Positions 1 through 12,161 of a stretch of 64,000 bases of DNA are shown here, in pieces. This DNA comes from Naegleria gruberi (Eukaryota). Made by a program: the position numbers and the translations under genes. The stretch is from the NCBI GenBank assembly GCA_000004985.1, contig GG738863.1, one strand, 5' to 3'. The stretch's first letter is position 1. Each line of letters starts with the position of its first letter. The notes under the pieces were generated by a model. It saw only the letters and a program-made list of their open reading frames with translations. It was not told the origin of the DNA and searched no databases.

Positions 1-360
1 CCAACCCAAACCCAAACCCAACCCAAACCCAAACCCAAACCCAAACCCAAACCCAAACCCAAACCCAAACCCAAACCCAAACCCAAACCCAAACCCAAAC
101 CCAAACCCAAACCCAAACCCAAACCCAAACCCAAACCCAAACCCAAACCCAAACCCAAACCCAAACCCAAACCCAAACCCAAACCCAAACCCAAACCCAA
201 ACCCAAACCCAAACCCAAACCCAAACCCAAACCCAAACCAAAACCAAACCCAAACCCAAACCCAAACCCAAACCCAAACCCAAACCCAAACCCAAACCCA
301 AACCCAAACCCAAACCCAAACCCAAACCCAAACCCAAACCCAAACCCAAACCCAAACCCA
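1..360 (+). repeat. Terminal telomere array, (CCCAAA)n on the + strand (G-strand unit TTTGGG), with rare variants (CCCAAC at positions 1-20, CCAAAA/CCAAA at ~236-250)
   Basis: Seen directly: about 60 perfect hexamer units starting at base 1. The C-rich strand runs 5'->3' on +, which fits a left chromosome end. The array stops abruptly at 360 into unique AT-rich sequence. Confidence 0.9.
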
Positions 361-399
361 GAACTAAAAATAGAATTCTTCTAAACCCAACGTTCAAAC

Positions 400-1128
400 C
401 CTAGCCCAAAATTATAAACTTATTCAAATATCATAAAATTTTATATCATTCGATTGTAAATGATGAGTAGAACAATGTGGCATATTTAGTTTTTCAATTT
501 GTAATATATTAACTTTGTAAATAATGTCAGATTAAAATTGTTAAAATGAAACCATAGGAAGAATGATATTTTCAAAATCCTTTAATGAGATTATATAGTT
601 TATATCATCATTAACAACATTTATAATTACTTTCATATCAAATTTCAAAAGTTCAGGTCTGTAGGTATAAAAGTATAGAGTGAAAAGGGAAGTTGTGAGG
701 TAAAAGAGGTTAACTATAACTTTTGAGTTTCTCATCAAAACATATTGAATCCTGACATGAAAATGTTCCATTTGGTGAGTATACATCGAATATCAAATTT
801 ATTTTAACTTTCATATTTAAAGATTTCTTCCCTCAATCACACATGGTCAACAGGAGGAAATCTTGAAAAAGGACCACCTATTGAAACTTTACCAAAATGA
901 TTTATATGATCTATAGTGATATAGAATTCAATTTCATATCATAAGAATTAGAAATGGTACCATGGGAATGTAAATGTTGATTTTCCAAAGTTGACTGANA
1001 GGAAAGACAAGTCAGACCAAGTCTATCAAATATATCACTTCAATCAACAAATTATACATGAAAATGCTCCATTCGATGTGTAGAGATAGAATATCAAGTT
1101 TATTTTCACTTTCATATTCATGATTTTC
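400..1128. repeat. Subtelomeric tandem repeat family, unit ~305 bp, degenerate; copies approx 755-1060 and 1060-1128 (truncated by the gap), with weaker similarity at 400-750
   Basis: The motif catgaaaatg[c/t]tccatt...atatcaagtttattttaactttcatatt recurs at ~755 and ~1060. The 820-1128 block is ~80% alignable by eye to 3010-3300. Confidence 0.75.
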
Positions 1129-2450
1129 NNNNNNNNNNNNNNNNNNNNNNNNNNNNNNNNNNNNNNNNNNNNNNNNNNNNNNNNNNNNNNNNNNNNNNNN
1201 NNNNNNNNNNNNNNNNNNNNNNNNNNNNNNNNNNNNNNNNNNNNNNNNNNNNNNNNNNNNNNNNNNNNNNNNNNNNNNNNNNNNNNNNNNNNNNNNNNNN
1301 NNNNNNNNNNNNNNNNNNNNNNNNNNNNNNNNNNNNNNNNNNNNNNNNNNNNNNNNNNNNNNNNNNNNNNNNNNNNNNNNNNNNNNNNNNNNNNNNNNNN
1401 NNNNNNNNNNNNNNNNNNNNNNNNNNNNNNNNNNNNNNNNNNNNNNNNNNNNNNNNNNNNNNNNNNNNNNNNNNNNNNNNNNNNNNNNNNNNNNNNNNNN
1501 NNNNNNNNNNNNNNNNNNNNNNNNNNNNNNNNNNNNNNNNNNNNNNNNNNNNNNNNNNNNNNNNNNNNNNNNNNNNNNNNNNNNNNNNNNNNNNNNNNNN
1601 NNNNNNNNNNNNNNNNNNNNNNNNNNNNNNNNNNNNNNNNNNNNNNNNNNNNNNNNNNNNNNNNNNNNNNNNNNNNNNNNNNNNNNNNNNNNNNNNNNNN
1701 NNNNNNNNNNNNNNNNNNNNNNNNNNNNNNNNNNNNNNNNNNNNNNNNNNNNNNNNNNNNNNNNNNNNNNNNNNNNNNNNNNNNNNNNNNNNNNNNNNNN
1801 NNNNNNNNNNNNNNNNNNNNNNNNNNNNNNNNNNNNNNNNNNNNNNNNNNNNNNNNNNNNNNNNNNNNNNNNNNNNNNNNNNNNNNNNNNNNNNNNNNNN
1901 NNNNNNNNNNNNNNNNNNNNNNNNNNNNNNNNNNNNNNNNNNNNNNNNNNNNNNNNNNNNNNNNNNNNNNNNNNNNNNNNNNNNNNNNNNNNNNNNNNNN
2001 NNNNNNNNNNNNNNNNNNNNNNNNNNNNNNNNNNNNNNNNNNNNNNNNNNNNNNNNNNNNNNNNNNNNNNNNNNNNNNNNNNNNNNNNNNNNNNNNNNNN
2101 NNNNNNNNNNNNNNNNNNNNNNNNNNNNNNNNNNNNNNNNNNNNNNNNNNNNNNNNNNNNNNNNNNNNNNNNNNNNNNNNNNNNNNNNNNNNNNNNNNNN
2201 NNNNNNNNNNNNNNNNNNNNNNNNNNNNNNNNNNNNNNNNNNNNNNNNNNNNNNNNNNNNNNNNNNNNNNNNNNNNNNNNNNNNNNNNNNNNNNNNNNNN
2301 NNNNNNNNNNNNNNNNNNNNNNNNNNNNNNNNNNNNNNNNNNNNNNNNNNNNNNNNNNNNNNNNNNNNNNNNNNNNNNNNNNNNNNNNNNNNNNNNNNNN
2401 NNNNNNNNNNNNNNNNNNNNNNNNNNNNNNNNNNNNNNNNNNNNNNNNNN
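1129..2450. other. Assembly gap (1322 N)
   Basis: Run of n. The ORFs the track reports across it (1012-2880) are artefacts of translating repeats and Ns. Confidence 0.99.
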
Positions 2451-2826
2451 ACCCAAACCCAAACCCAAACCCAAACCCAAACCCAAACCCAAACCCAAAG
2501 CCAAACCCAAACCCAAACCCAAACCCAAACCCAAACCCAAACCCAAACCCAAACCCAAACCCAAACCCAAACCCAAACCCAAACCCAAACCCAAACCCAA
2601 ACCCAAACCCAAACCCAAACCCAAACCCAAACCCAAACCCAACCAAAACCAAACCCAAACCCAAACCCAAACCCAAACCCAAACCCAAACCCAAACCCAA
2701 ACCCAAACCCAAACCCAAACCCAAACCCAAACCCAAACCCAAACCCAAACCCAAACCCAAACCCAAACCCAAACCCAAACCCAAACCCAAACCCAAACCC
2801 AAACCCAAACCCAAACCCAAACCCAA
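2451..2826 (+). repeat. Second, interstitial (CCCAAA)n telomere-like block in the same orientation as the terminal array
   Basis: About 62 hexamer units, with variants cccaaagcc at ~2489 and ccaaccaaaaccaaa at ~2640. It is bounded on the left by the N gap and on the right by subtelomeric repeat sequence. Confidence 0.9.
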
Positions 2827-3800
2827 GTCCATAATTCAAAAGTTAGTACTGACCTGACCTTTAAATATCTATCAATATAAGAAATGAAACCATCAAATTT
2901 ACATCATTAATAGATGATAAGAAATATAATCAATGATATGAATCTTCACTAAGTAATCTCTTAAATAACCCAAATAAATCAACTCTGAATCCTAACCAAA
3001 CCCACAAGTATGAAAAGGATAAAATCTTGAAAAAGAACCACTATTGAAACTTTACCAACATGATGTAGATGATCTATAATGATGTAGAATTCAATTTCAT
3101 ATCATAAGAATCAGAAATGGTACCGTAGGAAGATAATGGTTGACTTTATAAGGATGACATTAAGGAAAGACAAGTCAGACCAACTCTATCAAATACATCA
3201 CTTCAATCAGCAAAATATATATGAAAATGCTCCATTCGATGTGTAGAGATAGAATATCAAGTTTATTTTAACTTTCATATTCAAGATTTCATCCCTTTCA
3301 TACCAACTAGTCAACTGAGTAAAACGAATGAAAATCTGGAAAATGACCACTCTATGAAACATTACCATCATGTTCAACATCTCAAATAATGTATATAATT
3401 CAGTTTTAAGACGTTTTGGTGAACATTCCATCTTTCAGTAAGGTACAGAGTGATTTATCAAGGTTGACTTGGGAAGATCAGGAGGAAATCTTGAATATAG
3501 AAAACCACATCCTCAATCTACAAAATACATATCAATCGATTGGAAATCATTAGTACATCTCGAAAATATAATTTATTTTATGTGTTGAAATCTCTCCTTG
3601 ACCTCTTTTAGTCAATTAAGACAATTAAGGATGATACTATAGGAAAAGTTACCAATCTCATAATAAATGATAATATCGTGTTCTACATCTCAAATAAAGT
3701 GGACTTTCTTCAAATTATATGTTTTCATTTCAAGAAATGCATCCAGTAGATAGTACATGCTGATTTGTCAGGAGAATGGAAATCTGAAGGGTCCAGAAAC
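2827..3800. repeat. Subtelomeric tandem repeat family (same ~300-bp unit as 400-1128); at least three progressively degenerate copies (~2830-3219, 3219-3520, 3520-3800)
   Basis: 3010-3300 aligns to 820-1128. The motifs ggaggaaatcttgaa and catctcaaataa recur at the expected ~300-bp spacing. Confidence 0.7.
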
Positions 3801-5025
3801 AACTCCAATTTCACTGAAATTGATATCATGGTATGTAGACACTCTAATTAGTATGTGGTATCAATTTCATGAATATTGGTTCAGTAGATGTCGAGATGTC
3901 AACACTATCAATTTACTATAGACATTTGACATAATATCATAGATTATACTCCAACTCACTCATTTTACATATAATAAGTCTAGAATTGATACCACATAGT
4001 CTATATATCAATTAATATACATCTACAATAGTTAAGAAACATTTCAAACTATTTTCATAAAATTAATCAGTAAATGTTCAATATCAACATTATATATATC
4101 CTAGTGAACACTCCATCTCAGTGAAAGTTATTCCAATCATTCTGTAACTTTACCCAATACGTCTAATCACATTATTATACATCTGGTATCAATTGCATAC
4201 TGTTAGAATTGAATTCAATATGATAATAATAACAATCTTTCAAAATGTCACATTTCAAAAAAAAGATTACACTCCATCTCAGTCAGTTTACAAAATATCA
4301 TACTAGAATCAAATATGAATACACTCCTCTTGATGAGGAGTACAATCTGAGAAAGTTTCAAATTGATGGCTCAGTATCTTCAAGTCAACTAAGTAACCTA
4401 AGAATAGACAAGTCAATTAAGTACATCAAGTCAACAATTGAAAATTGAAATATAGTATATTTATTACAAATTAATAGGACTATTCTAAATAACCATATTG
4501 TTTAAATCAATGTTTGTAAAGTTGTCAATACATCATGTCACAGATCATACTCTTTCTCAATGAATACTTGACTAAATCAATTGAAATTGACATCTAGTTG
4601 TTTATATGTAGTATTGTATATGTGGTATCAATATCTTTTAAAATTGTCAAGTATTAAGGAAGATCTAAAAAAATAAGGTGGTAATAATGAATAAGTTAGT
4701 AAAATCACCTTGAATCGATCACTCGTCACTTAATTGACACTCCAACATACAACCACTGAACCAACAGTGCTAACGCTTTAATTTCTAGAAATGATTCGTA
4801 TGAATAACCAAGGGGTTGTATGACTATTAAGGGAAAATTGTCGGTTTCTATTAAGAACAACAATTAACAACAAATAACAACAAGAATTGTATCATTATAT
4901 GATAATAACAATAATTTATTAAACGATATGGAAGGGAGAAGTTGCTCCCTCACCAAATGATGAGGGGAAGATTCAACTTGATGATCAAGAGATGGTACCT
5001 CCACCAATCTACTTAAATTATAGTA

Positions 5026-5259
5026 TCATTGAAGATTATCCTGATGATCTTGTTGATAAATAGATTCATACATCGGAATAGTTTTGGAAGCAGAGTTATT
5101 TAGCGTTGTATTTTGATAATCGTAATATTGTAAAGGGTTAAAAATGGAGTTGATTAATGCGATTATCAAAATAATGGCTTCAAATCCATGGCTATTAGCA
5201 TTGCCAACAAGCAAATAACTTGTGGAGTGAGAAACATTACCACTTCCACCTTCTAAATA
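5026..5259 (-). CDS. Possible terminal exon of an unidentified gene encoding a hydrophobic segment (…LLVGNANSHGFEAIILIIALINSIF…)
   Basis: Open frame on - with a TM-like stretch. There is no in-frame ATG nearby (the track's M is a TTG), so this is probably an internal or 3' exon. No homology recognised. Confidence 0.2.
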   Translation of the reverse strand, partial: YLEGGSGNVSHSTSYLLVGNANSHGFEAIILIIALINSIFNPLQYYDYQNTTLNNSASKTIPMYESIYQQDHQDNLQ

Positions 5260-6440
5260 ATATTAATAAATATTATTTACTTGTTCCTTAATGATCTTAA
5301 TGATATCGGAATAAGTGCGCACCGCAATTAAAGGTAGTTTCACACTTGTTCAACACAGCTATTAAGCAATAGAAAATTAACAAGTTTAACACCAATTCAA
5401 ATACAAAATGCTCAACAATTACTGAATTAAATGCAAATATCCCAAAGTCATTTTGTAGAGAATTAAGTTGAACCTATGCGATTTTTCACCATTTGCCAAA
5501 TGGTTGCGTATCTAGCAAGCCCCCCCAAGAGAACAAAAAACACAGAAATATCGAGGTAAAACGAGTTGATTATCTCCATTATTTGATAGCAACCAATATT
5601 AAAATTATATATCAGCATGTAGCTGTGAACATTTCCTATCTAATGATATATATCGATGTATATGAAGTCTTATAAATAATGATGTTTTAAGAGCGCAGAT
5701 TAATATCTTTTGATAGAAACTTTAGAGTTTTGTGAATATGATCCATTTTGAATGAGCAACCTGCACAATGACATCAAATTGTGACAGAAATGGAAACTCC
5801 ACACTCTGATCTTCCTGAATCATCAATCCTGACTCATCACTCTGTTTAATCAAATCGAATAGATACGAATTACATGTTGTGAATAATTCCATTTGATTTT
5901 TCACAGTTATTGATCTTTTCCTTTTTGGATCATAACGGCTGTTGGGCTGGAGCGGTGATTGGGCTAACAGTTCCTAATACCTTCATTGTAATGGATTATA
6001 ACCTTAATCTCCCAGATCTTCCAAAGCTTCAAATCATCTAGAACATATGAATCCAAACAGTGAACATTGTATCAAATAAAAACATCATTATGATTTTGTG
6101 GTGGTGCATTGTCTACAGATATTAAGAAAAATGGATTTTCCATCTGAAAGTACATATCCCCGACATTTCGATTTGTGTTTCAAATCTTCAATATTCATTG
6201 CTATTGGTTTATCTTTTAACCTCAATCTTGATTGCACTCTACCAGAAGCATACAAAAGCAAGACTGCTTTAACAGCAATATCCAAACTGAAAAACCCTTG
6301 TTTACAAAATGAGTCAACAAGTCACTTGACTTCAAAAACCTTTATTGAGATTTAGTAACTTCAATTGAAATGAATCGTAAAAGCCTATCAACACCTTAAA
6401 AGGTTTCAACTGTTAACAGTTGTTTTTATCTTCCTTGTTA

Positions 6441-7736
6441 TTAGGCAAGACTAGCAGCCTCCATGATAACTTGATTATTTGTGAAAGAGAATGCATAAAC
6501 CATTTGATTTCCAGCAGACACAACAAACCTCGATCCATCTCCTGTGATTTTGGATGAGGCAGTTTTGAGAACCTTTCCATTCTGATCATTAGAAATAACT
6601 AAATATTTAGTTGCATCCATCAAAATAACAGATTGCCTATTGGGCTGTGCACTTGCAACAGTGAAGCCAGACAACTTGTTGTTTTGCCATGTTCCATCAA
6701 TTTCAAGACGCGCAATACTATTGTCTTTTTGAATGTCAAAACTTGTGTGTGTACCAAAGTATCCTCCAGAAAAACCAGTGTAAGCACTCAATGCACTGAA
6801 AATATGGACACTTGTTCCATTCTGAATTACAGAGCTAACGATGTTTGATGTCTCAGCCACTAATTTCTTGGCATCACCATAAAGAACTGTGACCATATCC
6901 GCCTTTTGAGCGTCAACATTAACTACACCCACAACTGAACTATCTTTTAAATTCATTCCCAAAATTAACCAACCTGGTAGTCCACTAAAACTCATACTAT
7001 CTACACCAGCACCAGAAAGGTAATCTGGAATTGTGAATCTGGAAATTAATTTCCCTGTTTGAATGTCCAATTTGTGAATGGTTTGATCACCTGTGGCCAC
7101 ATACAAATCTCTAGAGACAAGAAGAATATCAATTGGCTCATTATCACATTCGAAAGACCATAATTGCTTGAAATTTTTGGTTTCATACGCAATAACATGG
7201 CTATAAGTATACGTAATGAGAATAGTGCTGTCTTCTGAGAGGAGAATTACCATACCTGCTTGTTCCACTATCTTATAGAGAATATTCTTGGTATTTGTCA
7301 AATCTGCCTTAATCAATATTTTAGTACCATCACTTCCAATAAGAGTGAGATATGCATTACTATTTGAATCAATTACCAAGTTGGATTGTACTGGAGACAT
7401 GGTTGAGGGTGGTGCAGCATATTGTAAAATACTTTGATTTCCATTCAAAAGATCAACTTCAATAAATGTAAGATTGTATCTGTACAAATCAAAAATCAAT
7501 GCCTTTCCTCTATTGACATCAAATGCAACAGAACCAGAACTGGCAAAAGTGTCTTGAAACTTGGTAATCCATTCCTTGTGTGGTTTATAGAATTGAATAC
7601 TGTTACTACGATACTTGTCGGAATTTACATGTCCCCACGAAGGCAACAATTGACCATTCGCAACCTCTTCATACATGAATAAAATTGCCAATAATAATGC
7701 CAATAACCAAGTGGCTAATGTAACAATTTTGAACAT
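6441..7736 (-). CDS. Hypothetical secreted/membrane-anchored protein (431 aa) with an N-terminal signal/anchor and a beta-rich body
   Basis: ATG at 7736. N-terminal MFKIVTLATWLLALLLAILF. Long uninterrupted ORF. No domain recognised. Confidence 0.55.
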   Translation of the reverse strand: MFKIVTLATWLLALLLAILFMYEEVANGQLLPSWGHVNSDKYRSNSIQFYKPHKEWITKFQDTFASSGSVAFDVNRGKALIFDLYRYNLTFIEVDLLNGNQSILQYAAPPSTMSPVQSNLVIDSNSNAYLTLIGSDGTKILIKADLTNTKNILYKIVEQAGMVILLSEDSTILITYTYSHVIAYETKNFKQLWSFECDNEPIDILLVSRDLYVATGDQTIHKLDIQTGKLISRFTIPDYLSGAGVDSMSFSGLPGWLILGMNLKDSSVVGVVNVDAQKADMVTVLYGDAKKLVAETSNIVSSVIQNGTSVHIFSALSAYTGFSGGYFGTHTSFDIQKDNSIARLEIDGTWQNNKLSGFTVASAQPNRQSVILMDATKYLVISNDQNGKVLKTASSKITGDGSRFVVSAGNQMVYAFSFTNNQVIMEAASLA

Positions 7737-8201
7737 TTTTTTTCTTCTTTGTTACTCCATAGTCCGTGATTCTTTGCGTCACATTGTTTCTAGGAGTTCT
7801 TGAAGTATTCTCCGTAGTGGATTGGCTCAGGATGGTATAATTTCACTGATTTTCTGAGCCATCCAATATTGTAATACTGATGGAATGGAAACAGGCAACC
7901 GAAAAAATCCAATATTTTCTTGTAGTTTCACAAACCTGATGATGTCTGAAAAACAAATTCTGAATTGTAACGCAAATTCAGTTTTTGATGAACGGAGACA
8001 CCAAATGTAACCAAATAAGAGCATTGTTATTGTTTCTCTTTCATCCTAGTGGCATCAGCATTATGTGCCAAATTATGGAAATTTTTGGAGAGGAGAATAT
8101 TTTCTAATAAACTTTCCTAATAAATATAATAAAATAATTCCACTGAGTTTTAATAAAACATTGTGTGAATTGATATTGGTGTAGTTTTGTCTTGTGCATT
8201 T

Positions 8202-9152
8202 TCATTCATTCATTCCATCAACAAATGTTGTTCCAAAATCTTTCAATTGTTTGAAAGAGCCCTTAAGTCTCTTAAAAGCCACAGCACCCAATACTAAAAT
8301 GACAATAAAATTGATGGCCAGTAGTAACCAAATAATAGCCATAGCTACATTACAAGCAAATGCAGGAGTGCCACCAATCACACCTCCATAAATATGTGGA
8401 TCAAAGTACACAGCAATCATAATTCCACTAAATCCGTATGTCATAAATCCTGACATTCCAAATAAACAAAAAATAATCACCACACCATAACTGATAAAGA
8501 ACAAGACAAATCTTGGAACAGTACCCTTTTCCATTGCCTTATAGAGTGGATAATAGGTGAGGAAGAAATGAGCTGGTGGAAGGAAAAAGATCATGATTGT
8601 TGCCACCACCAGATATTGCACTTTCATCATTGTTGTAATCTCCAATGGAACACCCTTGATTAGAAGTGGATAGAATACTGTAGTATAGGCAGCTGCTGCG
8701 TTCAATATGGAGCATAGACTAAAGATTATCCACGAGACGAATCCCATATAAACTACTTTTCTTCTCATGAACTCTGGTGGAATGGAACTAATATTGTGAT
8801 ACATTATAGGATAGCAGAATGGAAAATTCTTTGGAACAGTGGCAGTAGCAGCACGGGAGTTTACAGAAGGAATAATTGCTTCCACAAAATTGAGTGAAGG
8901 TTGAGCAGTGTTATTATTATTGTTCAATAATTGACTTTTAACTTTGGCTTGAAATTCATATTCCCTTCTCTCCAAATCGTATTCCCTTTTCGAAATTTCC
9001 TTTGCTTTACGTCTCAAGGTCTCGAAATCTTCTAATGGTTCTTGTTGTGAAGATGAATAGTATGGATTGATGGATGCTTCTGATGATCGGTTAAAGGTGT
9101 TACCACCAATATCTTGTGAGTAATCATATGGATCGCTGTTATCGAAGGACAT
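8202..9152 (-). CDS. SCAMP-family secretory carrier membrane protein (~316 aa)
   Basis: NFPFCYPIMYHNISSIPPEFMRRKV matches the SCAMP N[W/F]PP..CP..P.FY.DI...IP.EFQ segment. Four TM helices follow, and LTYYPLYKAMEKG matches the conserved CWYRP[I/L]YKAFR loop. An upstream coiled-coil is present. The likely true start is the ATG at 9152 (MSFDNSDPYDY); the track ORF extends to 9305 through an alternative start. Confidence 0.8.
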   Translation of the reverse strand: MSFDNSDPYDYSQDIGGNTFNRSSEASINPYYSSSQQEPLEDFETLRRKAKEISKREYDLERREYEFQAKVKSQLLNNNNNTAQPSLNFVEAIIPSVNSRAATATVPKNFPFCYPIMYHNISSIPPEFMRRKVVYMGFVSWIIFSLCSILNAAAAYTTVFYPLLIKGVPLEITTMMKVQYLVVATIMIFFLPPAHFFLTYYPLYKAMEKGTVPRFVLFFISYGVVIIFCLFGMSGFMTYGFSGIMIAVYFDPHIYGGVIGGTPAFACNVAMAIIWLLLAINFIVILVLGAVAFKRLKGSFKQLKDFGTTFVDGMNE

Positions 9153-9383
9153 GTTGGTGCTTTTTTTTCTTGTTGTGGCTGCTGAAAGATTCATTTCTGT
9201 TTGTGTAATATTCTCACAATTTTTATCCGTAAACGGCCGTGAGATTCGCCTGATACAAATAAGGAACTGTTGTAATAATGTTTTATGAAAAGACATCATG
9301 TACAAATTTACTATATTATGTGATGAAAGTAAATTTACAAATATACACAGTATTGAAGGACAATTCAGAGGATAGACATTAAT

Positions 9384-11002
9384 TTAATTTCTGAGAGAAA
9401 TCTGAATCTTCATGTTTGAAGAAGGTTGATTCATAGGAAGAGCCTCGTTTACAATAGGGTCAACACTTTCATCATTCAATAATTTAAATCTATACTTGGT
9501 TGCCATACAGCTCAATATCATACAAGATTCCAAAAGGGAAAATTTCTTTCCGATACATTGACGATTACCCATAGAGAAAGGAACCCAAATGAGGTTTTGA
9601 ATAGAATCATCCTTGGTGGTTGGATTGACGAAACGATCTGGAATGAATTCGTTTGGTTTCTCCCAAATGTCTTCTCTCTTGTGAAGAGAATTAAAGAGTG
9701 TATACACTATAGTTCCTTTTGGAATTGTATGATTACCTAAAGTGGTGTCCTTAGAAGCTACTCTACCATTAACAAGAACAGGAGAATCTTTTCTCAGAGT
9801 TTCCATCAGTACACTATTGACATAGCTCAATTGTTCATAATCATCCATGGTAGGATCTCTTCCATTTAACACCTTATTGACTTCTGTACATAGGGTATCT
9901 TGAATATCAGGACGTTTGGAAAGTTCATATAAAACCCATTGTAATAATGTTGATGTTGTCTAAAAAATATTAGATGAATATTATAAAAACCTTGAAAACC
10001 TACGTCATGACCAGCAAAAGCCATTGCCACACTGTTTGATTTTAATTCAGAATCAGAAATGAGCTTTTCAGACATGTTTGCTTCAACCAAACGAGTCAAA
10101 ATGTCACTTGTTTCATCGAGTGTCATTTCTCCAGTCTTTAACTTTTCCCTTCTTTCTCCAATAATTTTATCTAAATGATCACTACAGTGATTGATAGCAT
10201 CAGTAATACCAACAGCCTTTTCAATCATTCTTCCAATAAATCCTGACTTGAAAATTCCCTTAATAATCATCGTTTTCATTGTAAAGGTAGCATGAAGTGC
10301 ATTCTTGAACTTTTTACCTTCATCATTGCCTGAAAAGACACCAAAATCAAGATTAAAACCAGCCTTTCCCAATACTTGGAATGTAATATCGGATAAATCT
10401 TGTTTAGTTAGCAAGCAAGTTCCATTTCCTCCCTCTTGAATCTTGGTATTCCATCTTTCGAATAATTGCTCTACAGATTCAACTGTAACCTTACACATGT
10501 ATCTGAGATTAGTTGGAGAAAATGCAGGACTACACACTTTAAAGTGTTTCTTCCACTCTTCTGTGTGAAGAACAGTCACAATATTCTCACCAAAAACCTT
10601 GGCTATGGTCAAATCAGTCTTATCAAACGAACTAGCCTTGGTAATGAAAATCTCTTTCAATAATTTAGGATCATTGGTGCAGATAACTGAATTGTTAGCA
10701 GTTACAATTCTCATCAGATTACAATTATTCTCCTTGAAAAACTTGACAGCATGTTTCTCAGTCTCAAAGAAGGAAGCAATATAAAAGTATGGAGCCAATA
10801 TTGGAATCTTGAAAGGAGCCTTCTCAAAGAATTGAATCACACCTGGAATGTCCTTCATCTTTGCATAGTTGGAATATAATTTGAACAAACTCTTGAGAAG
10901 ATAGGTAAGGAACATGACCAAAAATGTTGTACCAACGATCATAGTCAGTGAAATTTCATAAGAAAACTTGTCATTGTGTGGATCAACAACACCTTTGTCC
11001 AT
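9384..11002 (-). CDS. Cytochrome P450 monooxygenase, two exons (11002-10004 and 9959-9384; intron 9960-10003, 44 nt, GTAGGT…TTTAG), ~524 aa
   Basis: Heme-binding loop PFSMGNRQCIGKKF (FxxGxRxCxG) and ETLR are present. The I-helix AGHD|TTS is split by the intron. There is an N-terminal membrane anchor. Both exon lengths keep the reading frame. Confidence 0.85.
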
Positions 11003-11223
11003 TTTTTTATCTTTCTTTTTGTTTGGATATGAGTTATTTGCCGCCTTCTTGTTTATTTTGCATCCAACTCCTCCACTAGCGGTCTAAGAATTTCTTCACT
11101 ACTCCTTGCAGAGGCATTACCAGCCAATCGTAAGTTTTCTTGAACAATTCTCAATTTGGATAATGATTGATCGGAAGAAAAGAATCATCATAAAAAATAG
11201 AGAGTAACAAAATATCATCATCC

Positions 11224-12053
11224 ATGCCCAGTATTGATGGTTATGCATCGATGAGTAGTAATAGTGGACAACAATCCAATTGTTCTTCCTCCGTTGGATC
11301 TTCTCCATCATCGGGTGTGCCACAACAACAACAACAATATCATCATCAGCAACAACAACCACCATTAATGTGGTCACAACAACCCAATAACAATATCAAC
11401 AATAATCATCATTTAAATTATAATATAATCCCTAATAATAATAATATTCCTAATATAAATACAATTCCTAATATAATTCCTAACAATAATAATATGTTCT
11501 CTAATAATAATAATAATATCCAAACACCCATCATATTACCTCCAATATCTTTGTGTACACCAACAAAAACAACAACACCATCATCATCTGGTGTCACTGC
11601 TCAATTCCATCCCATAGCCTGTTCATCCTGTCGAAAGAACCATAAGCAGTGCGGTAAATATCATTTCAACATATATTTAAATTTTAAAATTCAATAATAT
11701 AATAATTTCAAATAATCAGATAGAACATTACCTAGTTGTGGTCGATGTATAGAAAAAAATCAAGCTTGTGAATATAAAACTCCCCTAAGAAAACGAAATC
11801 CTTTAGGAAATAATATTTCAAAAAAGAAGAAATCATCAGCCATTCCGAAGAATGTAGTATCTTACAAGGATTGGATTATTTTTCTGCAGAATTCTGATAA
11901 TTTAACGAGAGAGAATGTTGTCAAATTCCACAAAGTTTATCATATTATTGAATTTATTGATCCTATAGAGTTTGAGAAATATATTTACATTATGATGATG
12001 ATTCGACGAATGATAGTAATAATAGTGTGGATGAAGAGTCAAAAATGATGAGG
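11224..12053 (+). CDS. Zn2Cys6 (binuclear cluster) transcription factor, 5' part. Exon 1 is ~11224-11654, the intron (~66 nt) ~11655-11720, and exon 2 runs from ~11721 into the 50-N gap
   Basis: Exon 1 ends with CSSCRKNHKQC (C-x2-C-x6-C). Exon 2 begins …PSCGRCIEKNQAC (C-x2-C-x6-C), which completes the six-Cys motif. The N-terminus is Q/N-rich. A frame ambiguity near 11990-12050 (…EFEKY vs …HYDDDSTNDS…) and the gap prevent a complete model. Confidence 0.65.
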
Positions 12054-12103
12054 NNNNNNNNNNNNNNNNNNNNNNNNNNNNNNNNNNNNNNNNNNNNNNN
12101 NNN
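12054..12103. other. Assembly gap (50 N) inside or next to the Zn2Cys6 gene
   Basis: Run of n. Confidence 0.99.
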
Positions 12104-12161
12104 TTGGACGTGCAGATGATGCTGAGGAATCTGCAATTAAAGCAAGAAAGAAGATTTCAAA

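Noticed and set aside
1012-2880. Long ORFs (up to 606 aa) translating to GLGLGL…, GFGFGF…, WVWVWV… or PKPKPK… with runs of X
   Set aside because: They are produced by translating the (CCCAAA)n arrays and the N gap in different frames. They are not genes.
11990-12053. Reading the Zn2Cys6 gene end as …IEFEKYIYIMMMIRRMIVIIVWMKSQK*
   Set aside because: The I/M-rich tail looks like an out-of-frame artefact. An adjacent frame gives a more protein-like acidic/Ser-rich …HYDDDSTNDSNNSVDEESKMM… running into the gap. A 1-nt error or an unrecognised intron is likely.
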